Shown here: piece after piece, positions 42,600 to 58,599 of the stretch
Layout of the letters: each line of letters begins with the position of its first letter
Numbering within the stretch: the first letter of the stretch is position 1
NCBI GenBank assembly: GCA_050613775.1
Contig: JBODTK010000123.1
Location: 62,001-126,000 of the forward strand
Length of the DNA stretch: 64,000 nt
From: Neocallimastix sp. 'constans'
Taxonomy: Eukaryota
Direction of reading: 5' to 3'
Notes under the pieces: generated by a model
The model's input: only the letters and a program-made list of their open reading frames with translations
Told to the model about the DNA's origin: nothing
The model's database searches: none
Position numbers and translations under genes: made by a program

Positions 42600-43269
42600 A
42601 AAGATATATATATAAAAGAGTAATAATATCATAAAAAAAAATAAAAATAATAATAAACTAGTATTTAAATTAATGAGTAAATAAAAAAGTAAATAAATAA
42701 TAATTAAATGATGGAATAATAAATATTAAATATTAAATAATGGAATAATAAATAATAAATATTAAATAATTAAATAATAAATATTATATAATAAATAAAT
42801 AAAGAATAAATAAATAAATAAGTAAATAAATTTATTCTTATTTAATCCATAAATTTTAAATCAAAGTTAAATAACATAATAAATCAAAATAAAAAAAATT
42901 TATAATTAAATTATTTACCTAACAAAAATTTTATTTATAAATTCTGTTATAATAAAATTTGATTTTTAATTAGAAAAAAAAATAATTTTTTTTTTTTTTT
43001 TTTTAAATAAATTTTAAAATTTAATTTTTATAGTAATTGAAATTATCATTTTAAAATTCTATATTTAATATTAAAATTTCAATTTTTTATTTTATTTATT
43101 TATAATTATTATTATTAATATTAATATTAATAATATTATTATTTTTTTTTAAAAAAAAAGAGTATTTTTAACATTTCAATAATTAATAAATTTTTAAACA
43201 TTCATATATTTAAATATACCAAATAAATATTAACATACAAATTCTGTATAATATACTTAATTTATTATA

Positions 43270-43723
43270 ATGGAAAAAGAAAAAACTTCAAATAATAAAA
43301 ATAAACCAGTTACAGAAAGAAAATTACCAGCATGTGATAAGTTAGTTTTTTCTTTTTTTTTTTTTTTTTTATTTTTATATTATATTTTTATTTTGTTATT
43401 AAAATTATTATTATTATATATAGTATTATAGATTCTATATATAGTTGTTAGATTCTATATTAGTAGTGACACCATTGAAAATATATAATTTAAGATAAAT
43501 ATTCTCATGAAATTTTAAAAAATAATTTTATATTAAAATCTTTTTTTATTTCGAATTTTTAGTTAACATTATGATCTTACACAATTAGTAAAAAAAAATA
43601 TTATGTATATTTTATAATAAAATTATTTATATAAAAAAAAATTATAAAGTAAAAATTTAGAAATTTTATACTACTTTTCCTATAATTTGTATTTAATAGT
43701 TAATGAAGTTTTTTGTTTATTTT

Positions 43724-43774
<51 letters not shown>

Positions 43775-44246
43775 AAATAATAGATATATATATATATACG
43801 CTTAAAATATATTATAATACAACAATAATAATAAAAAATTTATAATTTAAATATATATTTAATAATATAAATTAATAAAACTAATTTACATATATATATA
43901 TTAAATTCAACTAAAAATACTTAAATAAATCCTGCAGTTGCTATAAATATAAAAGAAAATGTGATAGAAATTTTCCAACATGCTCAACATGTGCAAGAAA
44001 TCAAAGAGTTTGTGTATATTCGAGGAGAAGGGTAAGATCACTGCTAGTTCAAACGTCTACTCTGTCTTTGGAAGAAAGATTAGCACATATTGAGTCATTA
44101 TTAAGTATATCTCAAAAGAATATTATTCAAAACAGAGAAGAAATTATAAATAATTTAAATAATTTGGCAAATGAAGCGAATTCTTCAAATATTCAAAGTG
44201 ACATTCAAAAGAAAGAAAAAAGAGCAGGAGGTAATTTAATAATCAG

Positions 44247-44313
<67 letters not shown>

Positions 44314-47045
44314 AATTGAAAAAAATCATTTACTAATTTTATTTATTTGTTATTATATATTATAAATAATTAATTGAAAACAAAAACAAATCGAAAAAAA
44401 ATAATAATAATAAAAAAAAAAAAAAAAAAGAGGAATTAAAAAATTCTAAAAAGAAAAGACAAAAAGCGGAACCAGATAAAAATGAAGGTAGGAAGAAAGC
44501 TAAAATTATTAAATGTGAAAATTCAACCTTCGTAAATGAAATAAAAAGGTAATATATATACATAAATATATAAATATATATAAAATAAATATTTTAAAAG
44601 GATTTTATAAAAAATTTTAATTATTAAAATAAATTTATTAAACTATAATAATAATTTATAGATTTAGAGATACAAATGTAAATGAATTATTAGTAGAGAA
44701 TTATATAAGTAGTAATGATATTGTTAAAGGTAAGTTTTCAAAAAAATAAAATTCTTTTTTATATATTTATAATTATAAAAACAAAAATAAATATTTATAA
44801 TAGAAAGAAAATAATTATAAGAAAAAAAAATGTATATATATAATAATAATAATAATATTAATACTACTACTAATAATTAATAATTAATAATAATTAATAA
44901 TTCTAATAATAATACAATAATTCAAATAATACTAATAATAATTAATTAATAATAATTTATATTGAATAAAAAATATAAAATAATGTAATAAAACTATTAA
45001 AATTATACAAAAATTATTTTTAAAATAATAAATTGAATAGACTTTCAGTGCGATATAAAAATGGATTTAATAAAAATATATTTTACTCATGTAAATCATA
45101 ATATACCATTTGTTAAAAAGGCCGATTTTATAAATAATTTAAATACTCAGCCTACTTTTTTGTTGATTAGTTTATATGCAATAACTTCAATGCTTGATCC
45201 AATTGTTAACAAGAAAGAAAATTCAGTAGATAGTAGTTCTTATTATAATATAGGACCAACTGAGAGCGAAAGATATTTTGATTTTGCATATAAGTTAATG
45301 CCAATATATATAGGAGAGCCAAAAGTTAGTACAGTCCAAGCATTATTAATTTTAAGTTTTTATTCTATTCTATCAAATAAATTACATTTCTCGAGGATGT
45401 ATGCAAGTATGTTGTAGTAATTAATAAATAATAAATCATTATTAGTAAATAATAAATTTAAATAAAAATATTATAAATTTAAATAGAAATATAATAATTA
45501 TCGAAATAATAATTTTTAAAAGCATTATTTCGATAATTTTTTATACATCTCATTATGAAATATGTTTATATATATATATATATATTTATTTATTTATCTT
45601 TTTTTTTTTTTTTTTTTTTAAAAAAAAATATTTTTATTTTTTCAAAAGACTTAGCAATGCAAATGCTTTTTAGTATGAAATTTCAGTATGATTCTTTAAA
45701 AAATAATGAAAATGAAATCAATTTAAAAATAAAACCATTATTAAATGTTCAAAGAAGATTATGGTATTGCACTTATATATTAAAAGTATTTTCATTACTT
45801 AATTCAAATATTCCAATTACATCATTTATCGATTCATATCTTGTCCCATTTCCTGATGATGATGAAATTTTTAACGAAGAAATTACAACCTCAACTAACT
45901 ATTATAATGCAATGAAAAATGATTATATAAATAGAAATTCAGTAAGCAATACTAATTATGAATTTGATACAAATAATATGTCAATGCCATCGAACTTTTC
46001 TTTCTATAATAATATGAATAAAGGTAACCTAAAGCAAACTTTAAAAAAAAAAAAAAAAAAAAAAAAAATTATATAGCATCATATATGTTATAAGAAAAAC
46101 TTTAAAAAAGAAAAAAAAAATTTTTTTTTTTTTTTATTTTATTTTGAAATAAAAATATTTACATTTTTTTGTATTATTATTATTATTATTCTATTAATTA
46201 TAAAAATTAAACATTATTATATATTAGATTATATGCTTCAAAAAAATATAAATGAAATAGATCATTTAATTTCGGAATTCTCTGAGAATGATGATGTAAA
46301 AATGTGTTCAGAAGTTCCAGAAGGATATATAAAAGAATTAATTACTTTAATTAGATTGACCGCTGAAAATTTCTGTTTAGTCAATGATCGAGAATTAAAT
46401 TCTTTAATACATTATCAAAGTTCAAAAAAAAGAGAATTGGTTGAAAAGAGATTTTTATTAAATAGTGAAAGTGATCGAAATAAAAAATTTAAGAATAAAG
46501 CAAAAGATATTGGAGCTATAAAGCAAAGTAATTAATTAGTTAATTATTAAATAAATATATATGTTATATGTATATATATATGTTATATAATACATAATAA
46601 AATATATAATAATTTAATATTATATTTATATATATATTTATATAATGATTTAATATTATTCTTTATATTTATATATGTATTATTATTATATTAATATTTA
46701 TTCTTTTTCTTATTACATATATATTATATCAAATAGTAATAGGAAACAATCCTTATGATTATAATCCATGTTGTTGTTTTGATTCAAATGCTTTTTCAAA
46801 GTTAATTATACTGGATTATGATTTTCAGGATTGGTTAAAATATTTAAATGAAAAATTTAAGGAAATACCTTCTCCAGTAACACCAGAAAATTTTACGGTT
46901 TTTCGTTCAACATCAAATTTACATATATTATGGAATTGGAATCAGATGCATTTGCATAGACCATTACTTTGTAATTGTAATGATGATAATTGTAATATTT
47001 GTAGTGATGCTCATAAAAATAAAAGCAAAAAAGGATCAAAATCTG

Positions 47046-47109
<64 letters not shown>

Positions 47110-47363
47110 TAATAATAATATTATTATTATTAATAACAATAATAGTAATAATAATGAAGATGGTACTAATGATAGTATTCAGCAATCTCAGACTTCATCA
47201 AAACAATTACAAATTCAATCGTCTTATACAAGTAATAATTCTAATAGAAAGAGTTCATTAAATACCAGATCATTAGACATTCAAAGTATTTTAAATAATA
47301 GTAATGATCAATTAAATTCTATTAGTCATCCTGAATTTGTAAATATTATATGGCCTACAACTG

Positions 47364-47413
<50 letters not shown>

Positions 47414-47565
47414 ATTTTAAATAATTTATTAAAAATATAATTATTAAAACAAATATAAATATATATAAATATATAAATATAAATATAAATAAAAAAATAA
47501 TATATAGTAAATAAACAATATATTATATATATTTATAAAAATATTAATTATTATTATATTATAAA

Positions 47566-47601
<36 letters not shown>

Positions 47602-48068
47602 TTTAACAGCTTTAAAATATGTGAAATCATGGCCGCTAATATCAGTTCTTTATTATCAACATATTTAATGTTAAATCCTTTATTAGATCATTTTAATCCA
47701 TTATTTATAGAAGCAGTATATGAGGTAAGAAATTATATACATATAAATATTAAGTTAAATTATTTTTAAATATATTAATATAGATATATAATACATATAA
47801 CTTGTTTTATGATAATAAATTATTATTGTTATTATTATTATTAATTTTTTTTTTTATTAAGTCTGCTATTAATCATATTTTAGTATTATTATATCCACCC
47901 GAAGATTATCCAAGAGAAAAATTAGAACATATAAATAAACTTATTAAATTGAATCAATTAGTAATATCAAGATTATCAGATATATGGCCATATGCTAGAA
48001 AATTTAAAGATTCATTAGAAAATTTAATTACTTCATCAGATATTTATACTATTTATGCCAAAAATTAA
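43270..48068 (+). CDS. Zn(II)2Cys6 binuclear cluster transcription factor with fungal-specific TF middle domain (~10 exons)
   Basis: Exon 1 (43270-43340) and exon 2 (43938-44230) splice to give ACDNCYKYKRKCDRNFPTCSTCARNQRVC (CX2CX6CX6CX2CX6C), followed by the coiled coil LEERLAHIESLL. Downstream exons give Fungal_trans-type motifs LIKIYFTHVNHNIPFV, STVQALLILS, RRLWYCTY, MHLHRP and a terminal IWPYA. The zinc cluster is missed by the ORF track because an intron splits it. Confidence 0.88.
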
Positions 48069-48501
48069 AATAAAGTTGATCATTTAATTATTTTTGTAAT
48101 AAGAATCTTTTTTAAGAAATTGGAATGGAAAGGAAGATATTATAATACAAATAAAGGGTATTAAATTTAATAAGTATATAATGAAATCTAATTTTTTTTT
48201 TTTCTTTTTTTTTTTTTTTAATAGTTCTGATTTTAATTAAAAACTATTTAAAAAAATTTCTTTTGATTTTTATATTTATTAAAAATATGACTTTTATAAC
48301 GTTTAAACATTTAATTTAATTTAATTTTTTTTTTTTTAATTTTTTATTTTTTTATTTTTTTTTTTTTATTTTTTTTTACTTTTTTATTATTTTTTTTTTT
48401 ATTTATATTTTTATTTTTTTATATTTAATTTAATGAGAAGAAATAAAATCAAAGAATTTGCTTTATTTCAATTTTTAATAATGAGAAGGAAAAACGTTTC
48501 T

Positions 48502-48533
<32 letters not shown>

Positions 48534-49098
48534 TTTTTTTCTTTTTTTTTTTTCGTTATTCTTTCCTTTTCTTTCTTTCATATACAACGACAACAATAGT
48601 TAATAATAATGATTAAATTTTAAAAATTAGTAATACAATTAATAATTACATAAATAATAATAATAATAATAATAATAGTCATTATTTTATAAAGATAATA
48701 ATTAGGATAAATTATCTATCGAAATTAAAAAAATATATATATATATATATATAGCTTTTAAATATATATATATATATATTATTGTATTAATTATTCATGT
48801 TTATAGTAATATTTTTTTTATTTTTGTTTTATTAGATATATATATATATTAATTATAATCAAAATAATATATACATATATATATATATATTTACTAAATA
48901 TCGTTCCTCAAAATTTATTTCTTTAAAAGATATATATAAATATATTTTATTAATAGTTAAAATTTGCTAAAAATAAAAGTAAATTATATTAACTTATATC
49001 ATAAATTAATGTTTTATTTCTTGGTAAATGAATTTATTAAAATAACTTTTTTTTTTTGTTTTTTTTTCTATATTAATTACATTTTATATATATATATA

Positions 49099-49153
<55 letters not shown>

Positions 49154-49249
49154 TTTATTATATTTTTTATTAAAAAAATAAACTCATCGGATAATATATA
49201 TTGAGCTATATTTATTATATATATACAAACTACTATTAATAAAGTCTGT

Positions 49250-50200
49250 TAAAAGTCAGGGAATTTATGGTTTATAATTATTTCTAAATTAAATGTTTTT
49301 ATATTGTAAAAATGTGGCTTGTGCGTTAATTTCATTACAATATGTTTCAATACATTTAAAGCTAAATTTTTATAGATTTAATATTTAAACATTCCCCCTT
49401 AAACCTAGTATTTTATAATGAATAAATTGGTTTACTGGTGAATATGTACATATAAAATTAACCCATTTTATTAAATTAACTTTATATTATTAAACTATTA
49501 TGTATTTCTAAATCAATCGTACAATTCGCAATGTAGCATATTTTCATATATGGCATGTTTATAACAATTAAATAAATAATAAACATTCTTTTTTTATATA
49601 TATAATTTATTAATATTCAATTGAAAAAATAATTTTTTATAATTCTTTTTTAATAGAATATAATATTATTACTTTTTAAAATAGTTATTTAACAGTATTT
49701 AATTAAAAAATGTATTATTATTTATATATTTATTTATGATTGTGATTGTATAGAATATCTTAAAAATGTATGACTTTACTTTTAAAATTATTAAAAGCCA
49801 CATTGTAAAATACACCAATGTGAAATGCACGATCTCCTGTATTTCTATTCTAAATTAACCTTTAATTTTAAATGAATAAAATAATATTTCTATATATTAA
49901 TTCTTTAATTCAATTTAAATATTGCTAAAATAATTTCTTTTATATATAGTTGTAACCTAATAATAATCTCTCCCTAAAACTAAATATTTAATATACTAGT
50001 CTCAACTCAATGAGACCTCTTCATCCGTTAAGAGTCAGGAATTTATAGTTTATAATTATTAATATATCTTATAACAAAGAGTCAATCAATAATTCTTAAA
50101 TGAAAAGTTTTTTATATATTATTATTATTATATTATGGCTTGTTTATTTCAATATATTTCAATACATTTTAAGCTAAATTTTTCACATATTTTAATTAAA
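49250..50200. repeat. Diverged dispersed direct repeat pair (~49250-49390 and ~50030-50200)
   Basis: AGTCAGG(G)AATTTAT(G/A)GTTTATAATTATT at ~49254 and ~50033. T(G/A)TGGCTTGT...CAATAT(G/A)TTTCAATACATTT(A/T)AAGCTAAATTTTT at ~49313 and ~50134. Confidence 0.7.
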
Positions 50201-51341
50201 ATATTAAAAAAAGTATTGAAAAAAAAAAAAAACATATTGTTTAATAAAATTTTATAAATATAGATAATTAGGTTTAATTTTTATTTTTCAAAAAAAAAAA
50301 AAAAATTTACAACTATAGTACTAAATTTTTAAAATAATCACCAATCAGAACATCATCATAAATCAAAAATTATATAAATATAAATCAACATTGACTTCTC
50401 TCTTCTTTTTTCTTCCTGCTTTTATTAAAATCAAAAAATAATTAACAATTAGTTGAATAAAATATATTATAAAAGTATATTATAAAAATTTTATAATATA
50501 TTGATTAAAAAATATAATATATATAAGCTAAAGAAGAAGAAAAATTTTGATAATAAAGAGAAAATTTTATAAATATTTAATAGAAAGGATGAAATTTTTT
50601 TAGCAGGGAGGTCGCATGACCAATGAGTTTTATCTCTAAGAAGTACTGATCTTTTAAATATTTATAAAATAATTATTTAAAAAATTTTTTATTTAAATAT
50701 AATAAAGAATATTTAAAATGATAAAATTAAAAATGAATAAAAATATAAAAAAAAGGTAAATAATCAAAACATTTTTTTATATTTATTTTATTTTTAAATA
50801 AAAATTAATGAAATGATTATCTTATACCTAAAATTATACAATCTGTCAATCCCCTGAAAATAATAATATTTTTTTTCATGTGTTGACAAACGGGTTAATA
50901 ATGATCATTAACATTATATAAATAAAAAGAATATTTATAATAAATAGTTTTATACTAAAATATATATTATTTTTATATAAATATTATAAAATAGATAAAT
51001 TTTCTTGAAGGCAAGTAGAAAAAATTTTAATAAAAATGAAAAAAATATAAATTTTAAATAATACGAATTAATGAAATAAATTTGAACCATTAAAAGGAAA
51101 AAGGATGTATTTAAAAAAAAAAAATAAATAAATAAATAATAAAAAAATTAAATAAAAAAGATATATAAAAGTTTGTTAGTATTTGAGAAATATTAAAGTG
51201 TTTAGTATGAATGGGAGAAAGAAATTAATATTTAAAATAAGGAGGGAATATTAATATAAGATGAAATTTTTATTTTATGTTGTGTTGTATTGAAGGACTA
51301 AAGCACATCTTTATTTTTATTTTATTTTTTTTTTTTTTTTT

Positions 51342-51377
<36 letters not shown>

Positions 51378-51769
51378 CGAATTACAAATAAAAGTGTATT
51401 TGAAATATTTACTCTTATTTTATAATGTAAATTTAAATATATACGTATAAATAATTGATTTATTATATAATTTATTTATTGATATACTATTAATAATGAA
51501 TTTTATATTTTATATTTTTTATTATTTTTAAAAAATTAGTTTTTTTTTTTTTTTTTTTTTATATTTTTATTTATTTTTATATATATATAAAGGAATTATA
51601 TTGAATTTATACATAATAAAAAAGTTAAATTATGAACTTTTTATTTTTATGATTACGATTTATTTTTATTTATTATTATTGTTTGTTATTTATTAAAATT
51701 ATTATTTTTATTTATTATTTATTATTTATTATTTATTATTATTTATTTATTATTTATTATTTATTATAA

Positions 51770-51803
<34 letters not shown>

Positions 51804-51868
51804 AATACTTTTAAATATTTTTAAATATTTTTTTGTTTTATTTTTTTTTTAATTATGTCATTTTTAAT

Positions 51869-52049
51869 CTACCAGAAAGCACACCAACCAATATAACATT
51901 GACAAAGGTTTTCTACAGATGTAGCTTGTTCTATTAATTGATAAACTTGAGAACGTACATCTAATACATTATTTGGCTTAAAGTCACGACCTATTTTTTT
52001 TTATATTAATTATATAAATATATAAATTTATATAAATATTGATAATTTT

Positions 52050-52100
<51 letters not shown>

Positions 52101-53025
52101 TTTTATTTTATTTTATATTATTTTATTTTATTTTATTTTATTTTATTTTATTTTATTTTATTTTATTTTATTTTATTTTATTTTATTTTATTTTATTTTA
52201 TTTTATTTTATTTTATTTTATTTTATTTTATTTTATTTTATTTTATTTTATTTTATTTTATTTTATTTTATTTTATTTTATTTTATTTTATTTTATTTTA
52301 TTTTATTTTATTTTATTTTATTTTATTTTATTTTATTTTATTTAATTTTATTTTATTTTATTTTATTGTATTTTATTGTATTGTAATAATTATTATTCTT
52401 TAATAAAATAAATATAAATATATATTTTCAAACCTGTTAATTTATTTTGAATACGATTAATAATTTGAACAGCACGTGGATTTAAGTATTCTACTTGATC
52501 TGCTTCTTCTATAATTTTTTTATAAAATATATTAATAAAAAAAAAAAAAAAGGTTTAATTAAATTATAAAAATTTTTTTTTTAATTAATTTATCTATCTT
52601 TATGAAAGGTTTACCATTATTTAATATATCATTTTCATTTCTTTGTTTTCTATTTCCATTATAATTACGGTTATCATCTATCAAATATATATATATATAT
52701 GTATTTATAAAAATTTTTTACAATAATTAATATTAATAACTTTTTATTTTTATTATTTTATTTTATTTTATTTTTTTTTAATATATATAATTACCATCAT
52801 TTCTTTTATTTTGAGCTTGTTTATTATCAAGTTTTGGACTTGGATTAGTAATTAATCTCCAATTAATTAATGGATCATAAACGAAAGCTTCTAACACAGC
52901 CATTAAACTATCCTTATTTTCTCTAAGTACTCTCATAACATGTTCACATGTAATTCTAAAGTTCCCTTCTATTCCACTGACCTTTAGATTATTAATTATG
53001 GATATAATTATTTTTATATAAAATA

Positions 53026-53056
<31 letters not shown>

Positions 53057-54188
53057 TTTTTGAATTAATAAAATGATTAAAATATAAAAAAATATATATA
53101 ATAATTTGTTTATATTTTCGTATTTAATAAAATTATAAAATAAAAGTATAAAAAAAAAAAAAAAAAAAAACTTACTTCCATAGCATTAATTAACATTCTA
53201 GTTAATCTAAATGGAATACGTTCAGGGAACTTTTCACGATGCATAGCAACTTCGAAACAATCACCAAAATCAATATGGACAACCTTACCAGTAAATCTAT
53301 CTAACATTAAGTTTGAAGGATGTCTATCACCAAGACCAAGAATATAACCAACCATAGACATAACAGCTAAAGATCTGGTATAATTTGTACGTCTATCTAA
53401 CCAGGCCTATATATTAATATATAAAAGAATAATAATTAAAATTTATATTTAATTTATATATATATATATATATATTTTAATTATTATATATATATTTTAT
53501 TATTAATATTATATATATATATATATATAGATTGATATCTATTTCATTATTAATAAAAATAAAACTTACTTCTGAATTTCTGCTCTTAATCCATAAAACC
53601 TTGTATAAATCTTGACCTGTAGTGTTATCAGCTGCATATTCAAATACTTCAACTTTTTGTAATAATGTAAGATTATCATAATCTGGAGCCATCTATTTAT
53701 ATATATAAATTAAAATAAATATTTTTATGATTTTAATAAATTTTAAATAATTATTTAATCATTTTTATCTTTTGTATTATTAATAATAACTATTATTTTT
53801 TTTTTTTTTTTAAAAAAAAAAAAGTACTCACTTGTAACATAAGACGATGCTCTATATTAAGTAAAGTTTTTTTACTTTCTCTATAGTCACGAATTAAAGA
53901 ATGTAAAGTATCACAATGTGGCACCCAACCAATTAAACCAGAATTTGGTGATAATGGAATAACTGGATAACGTTGAATATTCATATGACGAGTGAAAGTT
54001 TCTGGATCATCAGCTAATAATGTATTAATTAAACCGAATAATTGCATTACACGTTCATCTTGACGAAGATCTTCATGACCTATTGAATATTAATTATTAT
54101 TATTTTTATTATTATTATTATTTTTTAAATAAAAATAAAAAATAAAAAAAATAAAAGTAGATACATTTAATGTATATATATAATTTTT

Positions 54189-54235
<47 letters not shown>

Positions 54236-54310
54236 GTCATATTAATAATAATAATAAATAAATAAATAAATAAATAAATAAAAAAAAAAAAAAAAAAAAA
54301 ATTATTTAAC

Positions 54311-54392
<82 letters not shown>

Positions 54393-54958
54393 TATTTTAT
54401 TTTAAATTTTTATTTTTATTTTTTATTTTTTTTTTATTTTTACCTTTAAGTAAATATTGATATTCTTTTCCATCACTTCCTTTAATAGATAATCTTCTTG
54501 GTCTTTGTTTTGATGTAATAATATTCAATGTGGGTACAAAAGATTGAATTCTTATAATTGGTTCACCACTACGATACTGACCTGGAACAGCAAGTTCTAA
54601 GTCTCTAGCATTTAATAATTTTGGTGATACATATTTAAGTTCTAATGAAGTTAATTGAGGTAATTGCTTATTAATTTTTCTAAATACATTATAATAAAGA
54701 TCCCATGCTTGATTTAGATCATTAATATCTTTAGTTTTTGTGTATTTTCTACACCAATCTAAGGCTTCAGATAAATCTCTACCGAAACCTTGATTAAATG
54801 AAATTTCTCTCATTGTTTCTGGTCCCTTTTAATATTTATATTAATATAATGTTAATAACTTTTCAAATAAAATAATATAAAATAAAATTAAAGATAACTA
54901 CATTTATAATATTGATAATGATAACATTAAAGAAATAATTATATAATTTATTATTAAT

Positions 54959-55009
<51 letters not shown>

Positions 55010-55219
55010 TTCTCCAACATTTGGTGAAGTGGCTGTAAGGTAGCAAACATACCTTCAATATTATGATTACCAAAGTATAATCTTGAAGCTTCTTCTAAAC
55101 CTTCATGCCACATTTCATGCCATAAAATAGCTACTCTAATAAGTTCTTGGGATACTAATAATGCCTATAGTTTTTAACAACAACAACAACAACAATAATA
55201 ATAATAATTATAATTATAT

Positions 55220-55259
<40 letters not shown>

Positions 55260-55656
55260 AGTACTGAATCTAAAAAAAAAAAGAAAAAAAATTATTTTTT
55301 TTTGCCTTATAAAATATTACTATATAATAAAATATAATAGAATAGTTATATATTTACTTGATTAACAAGAGTAGCACTATGAATCATCATTTTTTCCATG
55401 ATAGCATTAGCCGCATTTTGACGTTCAATATTTGGTGATTTTGATGCTACAGTTAATGAATAAATTAAAGCTTGTGGATGTTCCTTACCTACATCTGTTA
55501 ATAATTGTTGAAGTAAACTGCGAACATGCGAATGATTGGTGTAAATACGAGCAATTAACTATTAATTTTATTTATTTTATTTTTTGTTTGAATTAAAAGA
55601 ATAAAAAAAAAAAAATTTAACTATTTTATTTTATTTTATTTTATTTAATTTTATTT

Positions 55657-55703
<47 letters not shown>

Positions 55704-57471
55704 CAAAAAATATATTATATAAATTATTTATAATACTTACTTGTGGTATAACTTGAAGCCAAGTATCAATACTAACACGATTTAATCCGTCATTAACAGC
55801 AGCGTTAACTTCAACATTATAACCATATTTGAACCATAAAGTAATAAGACGAAGAGTATCTTGAAGAGAATTAGATTTACTTAAAGCAATAGATTTAAAG
55901 AAACCGAAAATAGAAGGTTTAACATAATCAATTAATTCTTTAGCTGAAACATTATTATCATTAGCTTTTTCATAATAGTTAATAACTTCAAAGTTAGTTA
56001 ATGCCCACGAATGCCATGCTTTATACCACTCATTATCATAATATGTAGCTGAGTGGAGAGAATTCAAGATTTCTGGTATAGTTTCAATAGTAAGTTCATC
56101 AGTCTGAGCTTTTTGCCATTCACCTAATCTGAGATAGCATCTAGCAATTAATTTCTTTAATTTAACAGTATTTTGGTAATCATTCAAGTTATTATTACTT
56201 TCAATATGATAGGTCATGTCATTATAAGAAGTATTTTCTAATTGATTTACTAAATTCTTTGTGAAAATTTTCATAATTTGGAAGGCATGATCTCTATTTT
56301 CTGGGGTAGCCCATAAATATTTCAAGTAGGCATATACTACTGGTGGTGGATTATTCATTGGATCTCCATCTAATGAATTATTATTAGAAAGTGTTAGTAA
56401 CGTCTTTAAAGCAGTATTAAGACGGCCACCTTTTCTACATAAGTTTGCAAATTTAATCCACATTTCCATATTTTCTTTTGGTGAAATAACTAAGGCTTGA
56501 ATTCTTAAAATACGATGCCATATATCGATATTCTTTTGACAACCCTTTAACCGCTTCATCCAAGTTCTACGAATTATAGCTTGTCTATCAGGTTGATCGA
56601 AAAGCTTTTTGTAAGAAATAATTTCTTCTAATTCAGCAAGCATTTGAATACGAACTACTACACTGTAAGCTCTATTATAACTTTCACCGACAAGAGCCGT
56701 TAATTCGGTATCTAAAAGGTCACGAGTTTTATTAATATATTGTTCAGCTTGTGGGAAAAGATTACTATTTACAGTTAAAATGGCTCTGAAGAAACTACCA
56801 TCTGGACTATCTGGTTTCATAGCGTCAATGTATTCTTCCATTAAATCATAGTCACTTAAACCCCAAGCAGCACCAGCAGCTAGTGGTGCCATTATCTTCT
56901 GTTTATCACTAAATATATTCCATTTTTCTTTTACTAATTGTGATAAGGCTTCCCATTCACCAAGAGCATGAAGACAACGCATTTTACCAATAATTGCTTC
57001 AAATGAAAGAGGATCTTCATGTTGTTTACGCTCATATGCTGCCAAAGCATCTTCCCACCTTTGCAATTTTTCATACCATGATTCCTTTAATTTTATATCA
57101 TGATTTTCTTGAGCATATGTAAGAATACCAATAGCAGAATCCGGTTGTTGTAATTGATTATTGATACTAATTAAAGCTTCAATATTACTTGGCTTTGGCT
57201 CAGAAATAAATTCTAATTCCTTATAATGTAATGCCTTAGCATAGGTATGGCATTTAGCAGCAAAACCACCTAAAGTCTTAATATCAATTGGTAATGCTTT
57301 ATCATCATGTTCCATAAATTCAGCTAAGTTTAATAAAGTTTGAATTAATTCTGGTGGAATATTCGGTGAAGTTAATGCAGTTTCTAAAGCTTCAACTAAT
57401 TCATCCTATTTTAAGTATATTATAAATAAATATATAATATATTTATATTAAAGATTAATAGTTAATTTATT

Positions 57472-57514
<43 letters not shown>

Positions 57515-58550
57515 TAATTTACTTGGAATTGATCATATAGTTCACCCCAACATGAAACAAAACCTGCATTAAATAATTCTCTTGAAAGAGGATAGTATAC
57601 AGAAGCTAAACTAGCACAGGCTCTAAGAGCTGGGGATGGTGATTCTTTAAGAAGTTCAACACTTAATCTTCTAAGCCATTCCATCCAATCTTCTTTTGTT
57701 GAACGTTGTGATGCTTCCCAAGCTTTCTTTAAATGTTGTTGATTTACTGGTAACTTTTTAGTAGCAATTTCAGCTGCTAAAGTATCATCAAAATTAGAAT
57801 CCATTGATTCCTCTCCATTATCACTTATTCTTTGTAATGGTTCATTCTTTAATAATTTTGTAACTAATGAATCATATTCGGCATGTTGAATATGATTTTT
57901 AATTAAAATTTTATTAACCATTGGTACAAAAATAGCATAATCACTATTTAATTGTAAAACTAATTTAATTAAGGTATCCATAGCAACATTTCTTAATTCT
58001 GGATTTGGTAAAACTCTTACTAATGGATGAATAATTCTACTAGCATGATCTGAAAAGTTTACATTTTTACAAAGACTACCAATAGTTTGAATAGCTTCTC
58101 TTCTTAAATCTAATGGGGCATCTATGCGTTCAACCAATTTAATAATTACAGGTATAACTAAATGAAGATATTCTTCAAGATTTGATCCAAATACAATGAA
58201 GGCCTTTAAAACTTTAATTGTTAGTTGACGCTTTTCAGAAGTGTCGATTTCAAAAATTTGTAATAATTGTGGTAATAATTGTGGTAGATATGCTTTAAAT
58301 TCACAATTTAATGCAATAGCAATGGATTCCATTAATGATATAATTGTTAATTGAATGTTTGAATTGAAATTCCAAAATTCTTGAATCAATTGGTATATTT
58401 CAGTTAAATAATTACGAATATGCTGCTTGACAACAGTAACTAATATACCAAGCTGTTGGAAATAAAATTCTAAATTACCTACTTGGCATACTCTCATCAT
58501 ATTTAAGAACGCTGGCATAATCTAAAATTATTTTTATAATTTTATAAGAT

Positions 58551-58599
<49 letters not shown>

